Below are positions 29,205 through 39,170 of a stretch of DNA of 64,000 nucleotides, piece by piece. The position numbers and the translations under genes are program-made. Origin of the DNA: an uncultured Actinomycetota bacterium (lineage in GTDB: Bacteria > Actinomycetota > Actinomycetes > JAFAQI01); assembly GCA_963770565.1 (NCBI GenBank), contig CAVYQE010000001.1, positions 864,001-928,000 of the forward strand, read 5' to 3'. The notes under the pieces are model-generated. The model was not told the origin of the DNA and did no database searches. It was given only the letters and a program-made list of their open reading frames with translations. Position 1 is the first letter of the stretch. Each line of letters opens with the position of its first letter.

Positions 29205-32200
29205 ATGACAAGTGTGGTGCGTCGACGGCGTTGGTGGGGCGGAAATCTGCGCCGCACCTTGTCGGCGACCCTCGCCTTTCTGCTCGGGGCCAGCGTGCTC
29301 ACGATCGCTGCTGCACCGGCCTTGGCCGGCCCCAACCCCTCGATCGACTCCAGCCCGAGCAACGCCACTACTGCGACGGCGCTCGAGTGGACCTTCAGCA
29401 ACGCCAATCCGGCCAGCTGTGAGCTGACGAACGGCGCGACCACCGTGGTCGCACTCACTGACTGCACCTCGCCGGCCGACTACGACGTCTCCGCTGACGC
29501 CGGCGGCAGCTACACGTTCACCGTCTACGCATCCGATGCGGCCGACGTCGTGGTCGGGACGACTCCGTCGGCGACGTCGACCGTGGACGTTGCGCCGGTC
29601 GCGCCGACGATCACCATCGCACCGACCACGCCGGACAACGACCCCACGCCGTCATGGAGCTTCACCCTCCCCACCGACGCCTCCGCGACCTGTGAGCTCG
29701 ACGATCCGTCCAGCAACGCGGTCGAGACCGTGAGCGGGTGCACGAGCCCGTTCACGGCGTCGGACCTCAACAACGCGCCGGCGAACGGCGTCAACGGGAG
29801 CTACCAGCTGTCGGTGACCCCGACTGCCGGCGGCGTGACCGGAGCCGCCGCCACGTCGACGTACGACTTCGACACCGTCCAGCCACCCGCGCCGAGTGTC
29901 TCCGCCGACGCGACCACCGGGTACTCGTTGCTGCCGACGTTCACGGTCGGCGGGCTGGTCAGCGGGGCCACCCTCACCTGCTCGGTCACCGGCCCCGGCC
30001 CGGCTGTTACGGTCCAGACCTGTGGCGCGTCGTCGGTGCTCGACCTCAGCGGCGGCGGTGACGGCAGCTACACCCTGCACGTGACCCAGACCAAGGCCGG
30101 CAACGTCAGCACCGAGGGCACCGCGTCGTACCTGCTCGACACGCACACGCCGGCAACACCGACCGTCACCGCGCCGACGTCGCCGGGCACCGACGCCAGC
30201 CCGACGTTCACGATCTCCGGCATCGAGTCGGGCGGCACCCTCCAGTGCTCAGTCAGCGGCCCGTCGACCGTGCCGGCTCCCACCTGCGGGCCGTCCACGA
30301 CCCTCGACCTGTCCGGGGCCGGTGAAGGCACCTACACGCTGACCGTCACCGTCCAGGACGCGGCCGGCAAGGACAGCGCACCGGCCAGTGCCACCTACGA
30401 GTTCGAGGCGGGTGGGCCGGCCGTCCCGGTCGTGACCGCACCGTCGTCGCCGAGCAACTCCCGCGCCCCGCTGTTCACGGTCTCCGACTCGGACCCGGTC
30501 GACCTGACCTACGACTGCACCGTCACCGGCCCGTCCTCTGTCACGACCTCGGAGTGCGGCCCCGACACGGTGATCGACCTGTCCGGCGCGGCCGACGGCA
30601 CCTACCAACTCTCGGTGGTCGCCATCGACGGGCTTGGCCAGGCCGGTCCTGCGGGTCTCGCGAGCTACACCCTGGACACCACCCCGCCGCCGGCACCGGT
30701 GGTGACCGGGCCAGCGTCGCCGTCGTTGAACACCTCGCCCTCGTTCTCGATCACCGAAGCCGAGCCCGGTACGACGCTGAGCTGTTCGCTCAGCGGCCCG
30801 ATCTCGTTCCCGATCCCACCGGCGCGGTGCGCCAACGGTTTGGTGTTGGACCTCAGCGGCGCCGGGCACGACGGGGTCTACGCGTTGTCGGTGACCGCGA
30901 CGGACCCGGCCGGCAACGTCAGCTCAGCGGGGACCGCGACCTACACCCTCGACACCACGCCGCCGCCGCTTCCGGTCGTCGTCGCGCCACCCTCGCCGTC
31001 GAACGACCTGACGCCGACCTTCACCTACTCGGACTCCGAGGTGGGCGTCACGTTGACTTGCGTCCTCAAGGACCCGGGCACGGCCATCGTGGCCAGCGGC
31101 AACTGCCCGGTCAGCGGCACGTTCAACACCGCGGCGGATCCGTTGGACGGCACCTACCGGCTGACCGTCACGGCCACCGACGCGGCCGGCAACACCTCGT
31201 CGGCCGGGGCGAACTGGACCCGCGACACCATGCCGCCGCCGGCTCCGGTCGTGACCGCGCCGCCGTCACCGTCGAACGACCTGACCCCGTCGTTCACGGT
31301 CACCGACAGCGAAACCGGCGTGACGTTCACCTGCACCCTGACCGGACCCGGCTCGAGCAACGTCTTCACGGGGACCTGCCCGCTCGGCAACAGCTTCGAC
31401 CTGTCCGGGTTCGGCGACGGCTCCTACACCTTGTCGGTGACGGCTACCGATGCGGCCGGCAACACCGGCCCGGCCGGCAGCGACACCTACGTGCTGGACA
31501 CCACCGCACCGCCGGTGCCGACGATCGCGTTGCTCGCGCCGGTGCTCTCGCCGGGCAACAGCACCTCACCGCAGTTCACCGTGACCGACACTGAGGCCGG
31601 CGTCAGCTACGTCTGCTCGGTGTCGGGCGTGACCCCGGTGCCGCCGTCCGCGATCACCTGCGGCGCCACCACGACGATCGACCTGAGCGGCGTCGGGCGT
31701 GACGGCGACTACACGTTGTCGGTGACCGCGACGGACCCGGCCGGCAACGTCAGCTCAGCGGGGACCGCGACCTACACCCTCGACACCACGCCGCCGCCGC
31801 TTCCGGTCGTCGTCGCGCCACCCTCGCCGTCGAACGACCTGACGCCGACCTTCACCTACTCGGACTCCGAGGTGGGCGTCACGTTGACTTGCGTCCTCAA
31901 GGACCCGGGCACGGCCATCGTGGCCAGCGGCAACTGCCCGGTCAGCGGCACGTTCAACACCGCGGCGGATCCGTTGGACGGCACCTACCGGCTGACCGTC
32001 ACGGCCACCGACGCGGCCGGCAACACCTCGTCGGCCGGGGCGAACTGGACCCGCGACACCATGCCGCCGCCGGCTCCGGTCGTGACCGCGCCGCCGTCAC
32101 CGTCGAACGACCTGACCCCGTCGTTCACGGTCACCGACAGCGAAACCGGCGTGACGTTCACCTGCACCCTGACCGGACCCGGCTCGAGCAACGTCTTCAC

Positions 32201-35200
32201 GGGGACCTGCCCGCTCGGCAACAGCTTCGACCTGTCCGGGTTCGGCGACGGCTCCTACACCTTGTCGGTGACGGCTACCGATGCGGCCGGCAACACCGGC
32301 CCGGCCGGCAGCGACACCTACGTGCTGGACACCACCGCACCGCCGGTGCCGACGATCGCGTTGCTCGCGCCGGTGCTCTCGCCGGGCAACAGCACCTCAC
32401 CGCAGTTCACCGTGACCGACACTGAGGCCGGCGTCAGCTACGTCTGCTCGGTGTCGGGCGTGACCCCGGTGCCGCCGTCCGCGATCACCTGCGGCGCCAC
32501 CACGACGATCGACCTGAGCGGCGTCGGGCGTGACGGCGACTACACGTTGTCGGTGACCGCGACGGACCCGGCCGGCAACGTCAGCTCAGCCGGCACTGCG
32601 ACCTACACCCTCGACACCGTCGCGCCGCCGAACCCGACCGTGGTCGCGCCGGCGTCGCCGTCGAACGACCTGACCCCGACCTTCACGATCGGCGACACCG
32701 AGCCGGACGCGATCCTCGGCTGCGTCCTCACCGGACCTGGTGCGACGACCGTCTACTCGAACCTGTGCCCGGCCAATGGCACCTTCGACCTCACCGGATT
32801 CGGCGACGGAACGTACTCGTTGACCGTGACGGCAACCGACCCGGCTGGAAACACCGCGCCTTCGACCGCTACTGCCGTCTATGTGCTCGACACCGTGCCG
32901 CCGCCCGCGCCGACCGTGGTCCTGTCTGCGCCGGCGTCGTCGCCGGGCAACGATCCGGTTCCGCAGTTCACCGTGTCGGACAGCGAGTCGGGCGTGAGCT
33001 ACTCGTGCTCGGTGACCGGGCCGACTCCGGTCCCGCCGTCCGCGATCACCTGTGGCGCCACGACCACGGTCGATCTGACCGGCGCCGGTCGTGATGGCAG
33101 CTACCGGCTGTCGGTGACGGCGACCGACGCGGCCGGCAACACGAGTACGGCGGGCACCAGGCGGTACGTCCTCGACACCACGCCGCCACCCACGCCGACG
33201 GTCAACCTGTCGAACCCGGTGTCGTCGCCGGGCAACGTGGCCGCGCCGCAGTTCTCGGTGTCGGACACCGAGGCCGGCGTCACCTACAGCTGCTCCGTGA
33301 CAGGAGCGACACCGGTCCCGAACTCGGCGATCACCTGTGGCGCGACGACCACAGTCGATCTCAGCGGCGCCGGCCGCGACGGCGGCTACACGCTGTCAGT
33401 CACCGCGACCGATGTGGCCGGCAACGTCAGCGCTCCGGGCACCTCGGTCTACACCCTCGACACCACGCCACCACCGGCGCCGGCAGTCACGCTGACCGTG
33501 CCGGCGTCGTCGCCCGGCAATGTCACCGCGCCGCAGTTCTCGGTAACGGACAGCGAGGTCGGGGTCAGCCTCCTGTGCTCGGTGACCGGACCCACGTCCG
33601 TGCCGGGATCGGCGGTCACCTGTGGCGCGACCACCACGGTCGACCTCAGCGGCGCCGGCCGTGACGGCACCTACACGCTCTCGGTCGAGGCCGTTGACGC
33701 GGCCGGCAACATCAGCCCGGCCGGCACCGCGCTCTACACCTTGGACACCGTGCCGCCGCCCGCGCCGACCGTGGTCCTGTCTGCGCCGGCGTCGTCGCCG
33801 GGCAACGATCCGGTTCCGCAGTTCACCGTGTCGGACAGCGAGTCGGGCGTGAGCTACTCGTGCTCGGTGACCGGGCCGACTCCGGTCCCGCCGTCCGCGA
33901 TCACCTGTGGCGCCACGACCACGGTCGATCTGACCGGCGCCGGTCGTGATGGCAGCTACCGGCTGTCGGTGACGGCGACCGACGCGGCCGGCAACACGAG
34001 TACGGCGGGCACCAGGCGGTACGTCCTCGACACCACGCCGCCACCCACGCCGACGGTCAACCTGTCGAACCCGGTGTCGTCGCCGGGCAACGTGGCCGCG
34101 CCGCAGTTCTCGGTGTCGGACACCGAGGCCGGCGTCACCTACAGCTGCTCCGTGACAGGAGCGACACCGGTCCCGAACTCGGCGATCACCTGTGGCGCGA
34201 CGACCACAGTCGATCTCAGCGGCGCCGGTCGCGACGGCGGATACACGCTGTCGGTCACCGCGACCGATGTGGCCGGCAACGTCAGCGCGCCGGGCACCGC
34301 GGTCTACACCCTCGACACCACGCCACCACCGGCGCCGGCAGTCACGCTGACCGTGCCGGCGTCGTCGCCCGGCAATGTCACCGCGCCGCAGTTCTCGGTA
34401 ACGGACAGCGAGGTCGGGGTCAGCCTCCTGTGCTCGGTGACCGGACCCACGTCCGTGCCGGGATCGGCGGTCACCTGTGGCGCGACCACCACGGTCGACC
34501 TCAGCGGCGCCGGCCGTGACGGCACCTACACGCTCTCGGTCGAGGCAGTTGACGCGGCCGGCAACATCAGCCCGGCCGGCACCGCGCTCTACACCTTGGA
34601 CACGACCGCGCCGCCTCGACCGGTGATCATGCTGTCGTCGCCGACCTCGTCGCCGAGCAACGATGTCGAGCCGTCGTGGACGGTGACGGACACCGAGGCG
34701 GGTGTGACGTTCACCTGCACCATGACCGGGCCGACGCCGGTCCCGTCCTCGGCGATCAGCTGCGGCGCCACGACCACCGTCGATCTGAGCGGGGCAGGCC
34801 GCGACGGCACGTACACACTGTCGATCACCGCGACCGATGCGGCCGGCAACACCAGCGCGGTGCGCAACTCGACGTACAAGCTCGATACGACCGCACCGCC
34901 GGTGCCGACCGTCACGCTGACCGTCCCGGCGTCGTCGCCGGGAAACGTGACCGCGCCGCAGTTCACCGTGACCGACTCTGAGTCCGGCGACACCCTGGCG
35001 TGCAACGTGACCGGCGCGACCACCGTGCCTGGCAGTGCAGTCACCTGTGGCGCGACCACGACGGTTGACCTGAGCGGCCCGGGCCGCGACGGCAGCTACA
35101 CGCTGTCGGTCACCGCCACCGATGCGGCCGGCAACACCAGCGCCGCCGGGACGGCGACCTACGTGCTTGACACGACCGCGCCCCCCGCACCGGTCGTGGT

Positions 35201-37553
35201 GTCTCCGGGCGCCTCGACGAAGATGCCGATCTTCGGCATCACCGACGGCGACCCGACAGTTGTGCTCACCTGCTCGATGACCTCGCCGCGCGGCCGGACC
35301 GTCTTCCCGCTGGCTCCGCCGGCCACCTGCCCCGCGGACGGCACCTTCGACACCACCGCGTTCGCCGACGGCGACTACACGCTGATCGTGACCGCGACCG
35401 ACCCGGCCGGCAACTCGACCTCCAGCACGACGATCTGGTTGCGCGACACCACGCCGCCGCCGGTGCCGACGGTCGGGTTGGCCGTGCCGGCGTCGTCGCC
35501 GGGCAACGTGACCGCGCCGCAGTTCTCAGTCTCGGACACCGAGGCGGGCGTGACCTACGCCTGCAGCGTGAGCGGGCCGACCGCCGTGCCGAACCCGGCT
35601 GTCACCTGCGGTACGACGACGACGGTAGACCTGAGCGGTCCCGGCCGCGACGGTCTCTACACCCTGTCGGTGACCGCGACCGACACCGCCGGCAACACGA
35701 GTACGGCCGGCACCGCGACCTACGTGCTCGACACCACGCCGCCACCGGCCCCGACGGTCTCGCTCAGCGTGCCGGCGTCGTCGCCGGGCAACGTCACCTC
35801 GCCGCAGTTCACGGTGTCGGACACCGAGGTCGGCGTGACCTACACCTGCTCGGTCACGGGCGCTACCCCCGTCCCCGGCTCCGCGATCGCCTGCGGAGCG
35901 ACCACGACCGTCAACCTGGCCGGCTCCGGACGCGATGGCCTCTACACCCTTTCGGTGACCGCGACCGACCCGGCCGGCAATGCGAGTACCACGGTCGGCG
36001 CTGCGAGCTACGTCCTGGACACCATGCCGCCGCCCGCCCCGATCGTGGCGCTGTCGACTCCGTTGCAGTCACCGGGCAATGTCGTCGCGCCGCAGTTCCT
36101 GGTCACCGACACCGAGCCGGGTGTCACGCTGACGTGCTCTGCCAGTGGAGCGACGGCGGTGCCGGGCTCGGCGATCACCTGCGGCCCGCTCACCTCGGTC
36201 GACCTGAGCGGCGCCGGCCGTGACGGCGCCTACACGCTGTCGGTGATGGCCACCGACGCAGCCGGCAACACCAGCTCGGCCGGCACTGCGGCGTACACCC
36301 TCGACACCACGCCGCCCGACCCGCCGGTGGTCGGGCTGGCGAGCGCGACCCGCTCGAGCAGCAAGACTCCGTTGTGGACCTGGCAGTTCGGCTTCAACGA
36401 CCAGACCACCGCCTTCGACACCGCGACCTGCACAGTCAACGGGCCACGCTCGTGGACCAGTACGACGACCAGCTGCGCGCACCACTTCTCCACCACGCTG
36501 GCCGGCGGCGACGGCTCTTACACAGTGACCGTGACGCTTACGGATGAAGCCGGCAACTCGGTCTCGGCGGTCTCCCCGATCTACATGCTCGACAGCACGG
36601 CTCCGGCCGGCCCGACCGTCTTCCTTCTGCACCCGTCGAGTGGCGCCGGACTCGACCGGCACCCGGTCTGGTCGGTCGATCGGCCGCCTGGCACCACGGC
36701 GATGTGCACGCTCCGTCAGGGCGGTGATGCCGGCACCGTCGTCTCGCCCGAGGCGGTGTGCCCGAACCCGACCACTTTCAGCCTGGTCGGACTCGCCGAC
36801 GGTCTGTTCACCCTCGAGGTCGTGGCGGTCGACGCAGCCGGCAACACCAGCTTCCCGGCCTGGTCGTCGTACGCGCTGGTGCCGACCGCACCACGGGTTC
36901 GCGCCCCTGACGGGCAGAACGCCAGCGCGGTCTGGACCGTCATCGGCAACACCCGGGACACCTTCGTCTGCACCTTGTTACGCGGCAACCGCGTGGTGAA
37001 CGGCCCTCATCCGTGCGGGGTGCATCCGACCTTCGATATGACGAACCTGCCGGCGGCCACCTACACGCTCTCCGTCGTACAGGTCGGCGCGGAGGGAGTC
37101 CGCAGCGCACCGGGCTCGGCGTCCTGGTTCTGGGACGGCCCGCCGACCGGGCCGAACCCGCCGGGCGGCGGAGGTCACCACCCGGGTGGGACCGGCCCCA
37201 AGAAGCATCCGAAGAACCCGAACCCGCTCAGCCGGATTCCGAGCGTCGTCAACCGGCAGTTGCAGAAGATCAAGCGCGAGGTCGGCGGGATCACTGCCCC
37301 GTTCATCCACCCGCTTGTCCACCCGAACCGGCTCACTCAAGCGGTGGTGAAGGCGGTCCAGAACGCGCTCGGGTCGGTGGGCTCGGCCGGCGGTGGGACC
37401 GGCTTCCCGCTCCTGCTGCTCGGCCTGGTGCTGGCCTTCTTGCTGGTCCAGAACCGGATCGATCGCCGCGACCCGAAACTTGCGTTGGCGTCCATTGCTG
37501 CCGATGACACGGTGGAGTTCCAACCGCCGCCGAGCCGAAGGGACCGGCCATGA
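29205..37553 (+). CDS. Giant secreted, C-terminally membrane-anchored Ig-like repeat protein (about 28 modules; putative adhesin)
   Basis: Signal peptide ending AAAPALA; modules of about 90-97 aa, mostly ending DGxYTLSVTATDxAGN...YxLDTxxPP with two Cys each; Pro/Gly/Lys linker; TM FPLLLLGLVLAFLLV. Confidence 0.9.
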   Translation: MTSVVRRRRWWGGNLRRTLSATLAFLLGASVLTIAAAPALAGPNPSIDSSPSNATTATALEWTFSNANPASCELTNGATTVVALTDCTSPADYDVSADAGGSYTFTVYASDAADVVVGTTPSATSTVDVAPVAPTITIAPTTPDNDPTPSWSFTLPTDASATCELDDPSSNAVETVSGCTSPFTASDLNNAPANGVNGSYQLSVTPTAGGVTGAAATSTYDFDTVQPPAPSVSADATTGYSLLPTFTVGGLVSGATLTCSVTGPGPAVTVQTCGASSVLDLSGGGDGSYTLHVTQTKAGNVSTEGTASYLLDTHTPATPTVTAPTSPGTDASPTFTISGIESGGTLQCSVSGPSTVPAPTCGPSTTLDLSGAGEGTYTLTVTVQDAAGKDSAPASATYEFEAGGPAVPVVTAPSSPSNSRAPLFTVSDSDPVDLTYDCTVTGPSSVTTSECGPDTVIDLSGAADGTYQLSVVAIDGLGQAGPAGLASYTLDTTPPPAPVVTGPASPSLNTSPSFSITEAEPGTTLSCSLSGPISFPIPPARCANGLVLDLSGAGHDGVYALSVTATDPAGNVSSAGTATYTLDTTPPPLPVVVAPPSPSNDLTPTFTYSDSEVGVTLTCVLKDPGTAIVASGNCPVSGTFNTAADPLDGTYRLTVTATDAAGNTSSAGANWTRDTMPPPAPVVTAPPSPSNDLTPSFTVTDSETGVTFTCTLTGPGSSNVFTGTCPLGNSFDLSGFGDGSYTLSVTATDAAGNTGPAGSDTYVLDTTAPPVPTIALLAPVLSPGNSTSPQFTVTDTEAGVSYVCSVSGVTPVPPSAITCGATTTIDLSGVGRDGDYTLSVTATDPAGNVSSAGTATYTLDTTPPPLPVVVAPPSPSNDLTPTFTYSDSEVGVTLTCVLKDPGTAIVASGNCPVSGTFNTAADPLDGTYRLTVTATDAAGNTSSAGANWTRDTMPPPAPVVTAPPSPSNDLTPSFTVTDSETGVTFTCTLTGPGSSNVFTGTCPLGNSFDLSGFGDGSYTLSVTATDAAGNTGPAGSDTYVLDTTAPPVPTIALLAPVLSPGNSTSPQFTVTDTEAGVSYVCSVSGVTPVPPSAITCGATTTIDLSGVGRDGDYTLSVTATDPAGNVSSAGTATYTLDTVAPPNPTVVAPASPSNDLTPTFTIGDTEPDAILGCVLTGPGATTVYSNLCPANGTFDLTGFGDGTYSLTVTATDPAGNTAPSTATAVYVLDTVPPPAPTVVLSAPASSPGNDPVPQFTVSDSESGVSYSCSVTGPTPVPPSAITCGATTTVDLTGAGRDGSYRLSVTATDAAGNTSTAGTRRYVLDTTPPPTPTVNLSNPVSSPGNVAAPQFSVSDTEAGVTYSCSVTGATPVPNSAITCGATTTVDLSGAGRDGGYTLSVTATDVAGNVSAPGTSVYTLDTTPPPAPAVTLTVPASSPGNVTAPQFSVTDSEVGVSLLCSVTGPTSVPGSAVTCGATTTVDLSGAGRDGTYTLSVEAVDAAGNISPAGTALYTLDTVPPPAPTVVLSAPASSPGNDPVPQFTVSDSESGVSYSCSVTGPTPVPPSAITCGATTTVDLTGAGRDGSYRLSVTATDAAGNTSTAGTRRYVLDTTPPPTPTVNLSNPVSSPGNVAAPQFSVSDTEAGVTYSCSVTGATPVPNSAITCGATTTVDLSGAGRDGGYTLSVTATDVAGNVSAPGTAVYTLDTTPPPAPAVTLTVPASSPGNVTAPQFSVTDSEVGVSLLCSVTGPTSVPGSAVTCGATTTVDLSGAGRDGTYTLSVEAVDAAGNISPAGTALYTLDTTAPPRPVIMLSSPTSSPSNDVEPSWTVTDTEAGVTFTCTMTGPTPVPSSAISCGATTTVDLSGAGRDGTYTLSITATDAAGNTSAVRNSTYKLDTTAPPVPTVTLTVPASSPGNVTAPQFTVTDSESGDTLACNVTGATTVPGSAVTCGATTTVDLSGPGRDGSYTLSVTATDAAGNTSAAGTATYVLDTTAPPAPVVVSPGASTKMPIFGITDGDPTVVLTCSMTSPRGRTVFPLAPPATCPADGTFDTTAFADGDYTLIVTATDPAGNSTSSTTIWLRDTTPPPVPTVGLAVPASSPGNVTAPQFSVSDTEAGVTYACSVSGPTAVPNPAVTCGTTTTVDLSGPGRDGLYTLSVTATDTAGNTSTAGTATYVLDTTPPPAPTVSLSVPASSPGNVTSPQFTVSDTEVGVTYTCSVTGATPVPGSAIACGATTTVNLAGSGRDGLYTLSVTATDPAGNASTTVGAASYVLDTMPPPAPIVALSTPLQSPGNVVAPQFLVTDTEPGVTLTCSASGATAVPGSAITCGPLTSVDLSGAGRDGAYTLSVMATDAAGNTSSAGTAAYTLDTTPPDPPVVGLASATRSSSKTPLWTWQFGFNDQTTAFDTATCTVNGPRSWTSTTTSCAHHFSTTLAGGDGSYTVTVTLTDEAGNSVSAVSPIYMLDSTAPAGPTVFLLHPSSGAGLDRHPVWSVDRPPGTTAMCTLRQGGDAGTVVSPEAVCPNPTTFSLVGLADGLFTLEVVAVDAAGNTSFPAWSSYALVPTAPRVRAPDGQNASAVWTVIGNTRDTFVCTLLRGNRVVNGPHPCGVHPTFDMTNLPAATYTLSVVQVGAEGVRSAPGSASWFWDGPPTGPNPPGGGGHHPGGTGPKKHPKNPNPLSRIPSVVNRQLQKIKREVGGITAPFIHPLVHPNRLTQAVVKAVQNALGSVGSAGGGTGFPLLLLGLVLAFLLVQNRIDRRDPKLALASIAADDTVEFQPPPSRRDRP
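30883..32590 (+). repeat. Intragenic tandem duplication, 831-bp period (3 modules), no differences seen
   Basis: 30883 matches 31714; identical antisense ORFs 31154..31390 and 31985..32221. Confidence 0.9.
32889..34603 (+). repeat. Intragenic tandem duplication, 855-bp period (3 modules), about 6 substitutions
   Basis: 32889 matches 33744; identical antisense ORFs at offset 855 (33101/33956, 33449/34304). Confidence 0.9.
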
Positions 37554-39130
37554 TGGCCGCCGCGCAGCGCTCCAGCGACCTTGTGCCGCTCCGGGAGCGG
37601 TTGCTCTATCTGCGCGTCCTGCGGGCGGTCCTCGCGGCCATGACGGTGCTCGATGCCGCCCTGATCCCGCAACCGCTGCAGCGCTCCTTCCTGTTCATCG
37701 CCAGCGTGGCGCTGGGCTACCTGCTGCTGTCCTGGGCGATTGAAGGCATCTGGCGCCTGCTCGACCGGCCGGGGCTGTGGCTGTTCGGCGCGCTGCTGAT
37801 CATCGACGGGCTGTACCTGGCGTCGGCCACCTACTTCACCGGCGGTACGGACGGGCCGGTGCGCTATCTCGTCCTCGTCTACCTGGCCGCGGTGACCCTC
37901 CTCGGCTCCTACCGCACCGGGTTGAAGGTTGCGCTCTGGCAGTCGCTGCTCCTGCTCTCGGTGTTCTACGCGCAGAAGGCCGGGATCCTGGCCAGCATCG
38001 GCAACGAGGCGGCGACCAACACCGCGTGGTACCGGATGGTGGCCTTCATCTTCGCGTTATGGACGCTGACCCTGACCACCGCGACGTTGGCCGCCGTCAA
38101 CGAGCGAGAGTTGCGGCGGCGCCGCTTCGAGCTCGAGCAGCTGGCCCAGATGGGTCGCGACCTCGAGGACGCGAACGACACGCTCTCGGTGGGCGACGTC
38201 CTGATCGACGCGCTGGCGGACACCTTCGGGTTCCGGCGGATGGCGTTGTTCGAGGTGACCGATCACGGCCCGCGGATGCTGACCGCGCACGGCCTGGTCG
38301 ACGCCGTGGTGGCCGACTTCAGCCTCGGCGAGGGCTCGGTCCTGCGAGTGGCGCACGACCGCCGGCAGACCATGCTCGTGTCGAACGTCGACGAAGCGGT
38401 CGACCCATGGCTGGCCGCGGTGATGCCGGATGCTCGCAACATCGCGGTCGTGCCGCTGGTTGCCGACGGCGTCGTCGCCGTACTCGTGGCGGAGACCGGA
38501 GACCGGGCCGGCGCGCGGATCGAGCGTCGGGTCATCGCGACCACCGAGCGCTACGCCAGCCACGCCGCGCTGGCGATTCGCAATGCCAACCTGCTCGCCC
38601 GGGTGCAGCAGATGGCCGTGACCGACGGCCTCACCGAGCTGCCGAACCGCCGGGCCTTCGACCGCTCCCTCGACCGCGAGCTCAACCGAGCGGCCCGCAC
38701 CGACGGCCGGCTCTCGGTCGTCCTACTCGACATCGACCACTTCAAGCTGCTCAACGACAACCATGGTCACGTCGTCGGCGACGCGGTGCTTCGTCAGATC
38801 GCGCGCGCGCTCGAGCTGTGCGGTCGCGAGTACGACACGATCGCCCGTTACGGCGGCGAGGAGTTCGCTGCAGTGCTGCCGGGCTGCTCGTCCGGCCTCG
38901 CGCTCCAGGTCGCTGAGCGGTTGCGAATGGCGGTCGAGGAAGCGCCGACCGACGTCAAGGTGACCGCGAGCGCCGGCGTCGCGACGTACCCGTACGACGG
39001 GATCGACGTCTCGGGCCTGCTCAGCGCAGCCGACCGGGCGTTGTATGCCTCCAAGCGTGGCGGCCGCAACCGGGTGCACTCCGCGGAGCAGGCCCGCGCG
39101 GCCGAGGTTCGGATCTCTGCCGTCAGCTGA
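37550..39130 (+). CDS. Membrane diguanylate cyclase (multi-TM, GAF, GGDEF)
   Basis: About 5-6 TM; GAF; TDGLTELPNRRAF, DIDHFKLLNDNHGHVVGD, I-site REYD, RYGGEEF; ATGA overlap with the giant gene. Confidence 0.93.
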   Translation: MMAAAQRSSDLVPLRERLLYLRVLRAVLAAMTVLDAALIPQPLQRSFLFIASVALGYLLLSWAIEGIWRLLDRPGLWLFGALLIIDGLYLASATYFTGGTDGPVRYLVLVYLAAVTLLGSYRTGLKVALWQSLLLLSVFYAQKAGILASIGNEAATNTAWYRMVAFIFALWTLTLTTATLAAVNERELRRRRFELEQLAQMGRDLEDANDTLSVGDVLIDALADTFGFRRMALFEVTDHGPRMLTAHGLVDAVVADFSLGEGSVLRVAHDRRQTMLVSNVDEAVDPWLAAVMPDARNIAVVPLVADGVVAVLVAETGDRAGARIERRVIATTERYASHAALAIRNANLLARVQQMAVTDGLTELPNRRAFDRSLDRELNRAARTDGRLSVVLLDIDHFKLLNDNHGHVVGDAVLRQIARALELCGREYDTIARYGGEEFAAVLPGCSSGLALQVAERLRMAVEEAPTDVKVTASAGVATYPYDGIDVSGLLSAADRALYASKRGGRNRVHSAEQARAAEVRISAVS

Positions 39131-39170
39131 CCCGCGCTCCTTCGGGCCTTGCCGGCGCGATGATGGGTAG

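Noticed and set aside
30883-34603. CRISPR array or IS copies
   Set aside because: Repeats are long, in frame and intragenic, with no spacers, cas genes or transposase
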